Source: Alphaproteobacteria bacterium (lineage in GTDB: Bacteria; Pseudomonadota; Alphaproteobacteria; UBA7887). From it: DNA of 64,000 bases. Each line of letters starts with the position of its first letter. Position 1 is the stretch's first letter. Shown here piece by piece: positions 61,926 through 64,000 of this stretch. Where the stretch lies: contig CBDCGL010000011.1 in assembly GCA_965216755.1 (NCBI GenBank), positions 2,080,001 to 2,144,000 on the forward strand. Reading direction: 5' to 3'. The position numbers were made by a program, and so were the translations under genes. Below the pieces are notes generated by a model. It was not told where the DNA came from. It did no database searches and saw only the letters and a program-made list of their open reading frames with translations.

Positions 61926-64000
61926 CTAGTTGATGTAGCTCAGATTATTGTCCGCAACACTTTGCCGCAAAGACGCCATGAAGGCTTCATAGGCGCCAAT
62001 CTCCGCCACCGTATCTGTAATTTCCATCGGATTGATGCGACCGCCGTCGACATACGATGCAATGGCCCGAAAGGCGTCGGCGCTTGCGGTCCGCGCCATC
62101 AGGGGCCCAAAACGGTCGCGGACATCGGATAAGGCCGTGCGATTGTTGGCCAGCGCCAACGCCACCGCCAACTTCATCATGTAGGCCGTCTCCTCTTCCG
62201 ACAAAGGTTCGGTCGAATTTCGTCGACTGAATACATCCTCCAGCACCGTCGCTTCCGCGATCCAATCCTGCATGGCCCAGTAAATGTCGGCGCGTGCCAG
62301 TTGGGCTTCGCGGCTCTCGTCGCGCAGCAGCAGGCGCAAAGCCTCGTCATATTGCTTGGTTTCCAAATAGGCGCGGCTGCTCAAATAACGGCGTTGTGTC
62401 GCCAAGCTCTCAGGCATGTCGACGATATCGCTCGCGCGCAACGCATCCAAAGCCTCCTCAGGCTTTTCATCAAGCAGATAGATCTCGGCCAGGCGGGCGC
62501 CGACCCGCGCCAGCTCGCCACCACGCAAACGATACTCGACCTGGTGACGGAGCAGTTCGGCCGCGTCTTCCAACAAATCGACAGCCACCAATCGATCGGT
62601 CAGTCGAAAGATCATCTGATCGCCACGATTGCCGACCGGGGTGAGTTCACGAAAACCGTAATAGATCGCCAATGTTGCAACGGGCGGCAATGCGTCGGCC
62701 TTGCCGCTTAAGAAAATGTCTTCAAATGTTTCGTTCATCTGTTGGGCTATTTCCCGTGCTTCGGGACGATCCGGGAATGCTGAAACAGCCTTGCGATAGG
62801 CACCCAACCCGCGCATATAGTCGCCTTCCGCTAGATATAGCTCGCCCAGACGGCGCATCACGCCCAGTTCCAACGCGTCACCACGCCATACGAATCTTAG
62901 CCCCTCCAAGGCCTCAATCGCTTCCGCGTTATTCATCATGCCTTCGGCGAGCATAAGTTCAACGCGCGCCCGCTCTGCGCGGACCCGCACTTCGCGGTCT
63001 TCGGACTGGCCCGCTTTCGCGAGCAAGGCGACGGCGGCGGCAGCATCGCCTTCCAATTGCCGTTCTAATCCGCGCAAATAGTCGACATAGTCTGCGATAC
63101 GCGCTGGCGGGCGGTCAGCCATTATCGCGTCCATTTGAAATCGCGCGCGTAGTGGGTCTTCAGACGCCAACGCCCCGGCCACGGTTTGCAGCCGGATTTC
63201 CGACTTGAGGCCGCGCGGATAGCGGTCCAAGACCATACCGCTGCGCAAGAACTCATAGTCGGCGTCGTCAAAGTTTTCGCTTTTGGCGTGGTAAACGCCG
63301 CGCCACAATGCCATTTCGGCGTTATCGTCAAACATGCTGTCAAAAACGTCGGGTTCCGCCTCGGCCGTTCGATCGAGCATCAAATTGGCCACGCCGCGCA
63401 TGGCCTTGACGGTCTGGTCGGCATTGAGCTCATCGTCCAAACGCGTCGCTTGCGCTAGCCAGCCGAGCGCCTCCGCGGCCTGTAGATTGGCAAAGTGAAA
63501 TTTTGCCAGATTGAGGCGATGTGGGCCGCGTTCTTCTTCCGGCGCCATCGACAAATCGACATTCAGTGCCCTTCGGCTCGATGCATAATCCTGATTTTCT
63601 GCATGGCTCCAGGACGGAAAATCAAACAACGGATCGTCGGTCGCTACAAATATTTGCTCGATCGTTTCGTCAACGGGCGTGGCTTCAGTCTCAACCGACT
63701 GGTCTGTCGTTTCTACGTCTGCGGTGGGCTCAGACGTTTCGACGTCCGTGGCTTCGGGGATGGTTACGTTGAGGCCGGCCAGGCTGTTGATCTCGATACG
63801 CGAACGTAACGCGCGAACCGCGACCGAATCAGAGATCGGACGAACCGCGACACCTTGAGCTGTCGGCAAGAGTTCTAGGTCCACATACCGGTGCGCCTGC
63901 GCAATACCGCGGCCCGGTTCGTGTACGGGCACAATGACCAAATCGTCGCCAACCTCGGGATCCTTGAAATAAAGCTCGCCACCCGGATTGGCATTGTCAA
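61926..64000 (-). CDS. Large TPR-repeat protein of the flagellar region (5'-partial, continues beyond the window)
   Basis: Frame open to the window edge (DPEVGDDLVIVP); helical repeats; LRFVWRGD, ELTP.G.RGD.MI..L.DRLV.VDLL motifs. Confidence 0.8.
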   Translation of the reverse strand, partial: DNANPGGELYFKDPEVGDDLVIVPVHEPGRGIAQAHRYVDLELLPTAQGVAVRPISDSVAVRALRSRIEINSLAGLNVTIPEATDVETSEPTADVETTDQSVETEATPVDETIEQIFVATDDPLFDFPSWSHAENQDYASSRRALNVDLSMAPEEERGPHRLNLAKFHFANLQAAEALGWLAQATRLDDELNADQTVKAMRGVANLMLDRTAEAEPDVFDSMFDDNAEMALWRGVYHAKSENFDDADYEFLRSGMVLDRYPRGLKSEIRLQTVAGALASEDPLRARFQMDAIMADRPPARIADYVDYLRGLERQLEGDAAAAVALLAKAGQSEDREVRVRAERARVELMLAEGMMNNAEAIEALEGLRFVWRGDALELGVMRRLGELYLAEGDYMRGLGAYRKAVSAFPDRPEAREIAQQMNETFEDIFLSGKADALPPVATLAIYYGFRELTPVGNRGDQMIFRLTDRLVAVDLLEDAAELLRHQVEYRLRGGELARVGARLAEIYLLDEKPEEALDALRASDIVDMPESLATQRRYLSSRAYLETKQYDEALRLLLRDESREAQLARADIYWAMQDWIAEATVLEDVFSRRNSTEPLSEEETAYMMKLAVALALANNRTALSDVRDRFGPLMARTASADAFRAIASYVDGGRINPMEITDTVAEIGAYEAFMASLRQSVADNNLSYIN

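Noticed and set aside
1-64000. CRISPR arrays, rRNA/tRNA genes, prophage, recognised defence islands
   Set aside because: No regularly spaced repeats, cloverleaf or rRNA signatures, phage structural genes or known defence genes were seen by eye. tRNAscan, Infernal and DefenseFinder were not run.

Overview
A GC-rich chromosomal window from an alphaproteobacterium, probably Rhodospirillales-like. That assignment rests on alpha-type LexA boxes at recA, CtrA-like sites at the flagellar promoters, and the fliP/fliO/flgBC/fliE/fliQR/flhB-recA-alaS-icd gene order. The left 39 kb is accessory and catabolic. It holds a NIT-domain chemoreceptor, decayed ABC-binding-protein and Rieske oxygenase genes, an atypical peptide deformylase, a flavin monooxygenase, nnrS and nnrU with FNR-type boxes, and an unknown 600-aa secreted repeat protein. 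It also holds a TRAP/citryl-CoA lyase/CoA-transferase/MaoC/SDR cluster, TauD, an aldolase-ADH-hydantoinase operon, a ~1 kb intergenic region with clustered DnaA boxes, a SAM-cyclase-STAND-TPR protein, and IS5- and IS3-family remnants. The right part is mostly core: pqqABCDE (pqqA found by hand, absent from the ORF track) plus a methyltransferase, pssA-psd, an Atm1-like ABC transporter, LysM, LOG, icd, alaS, recA and flagellar export/basal-body genes. No rRNA, tRNA or CRISPR array was seen. No single novel system is proven. The best leads are the secreted repeat protein with the convergent TRAP/CoA cluster, the DnaA-box region, the atypical deformylase, the non-canonical STAND cyclase and the pqq-linked methyltransferase. 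All calls come from motif recognition, not database searches.
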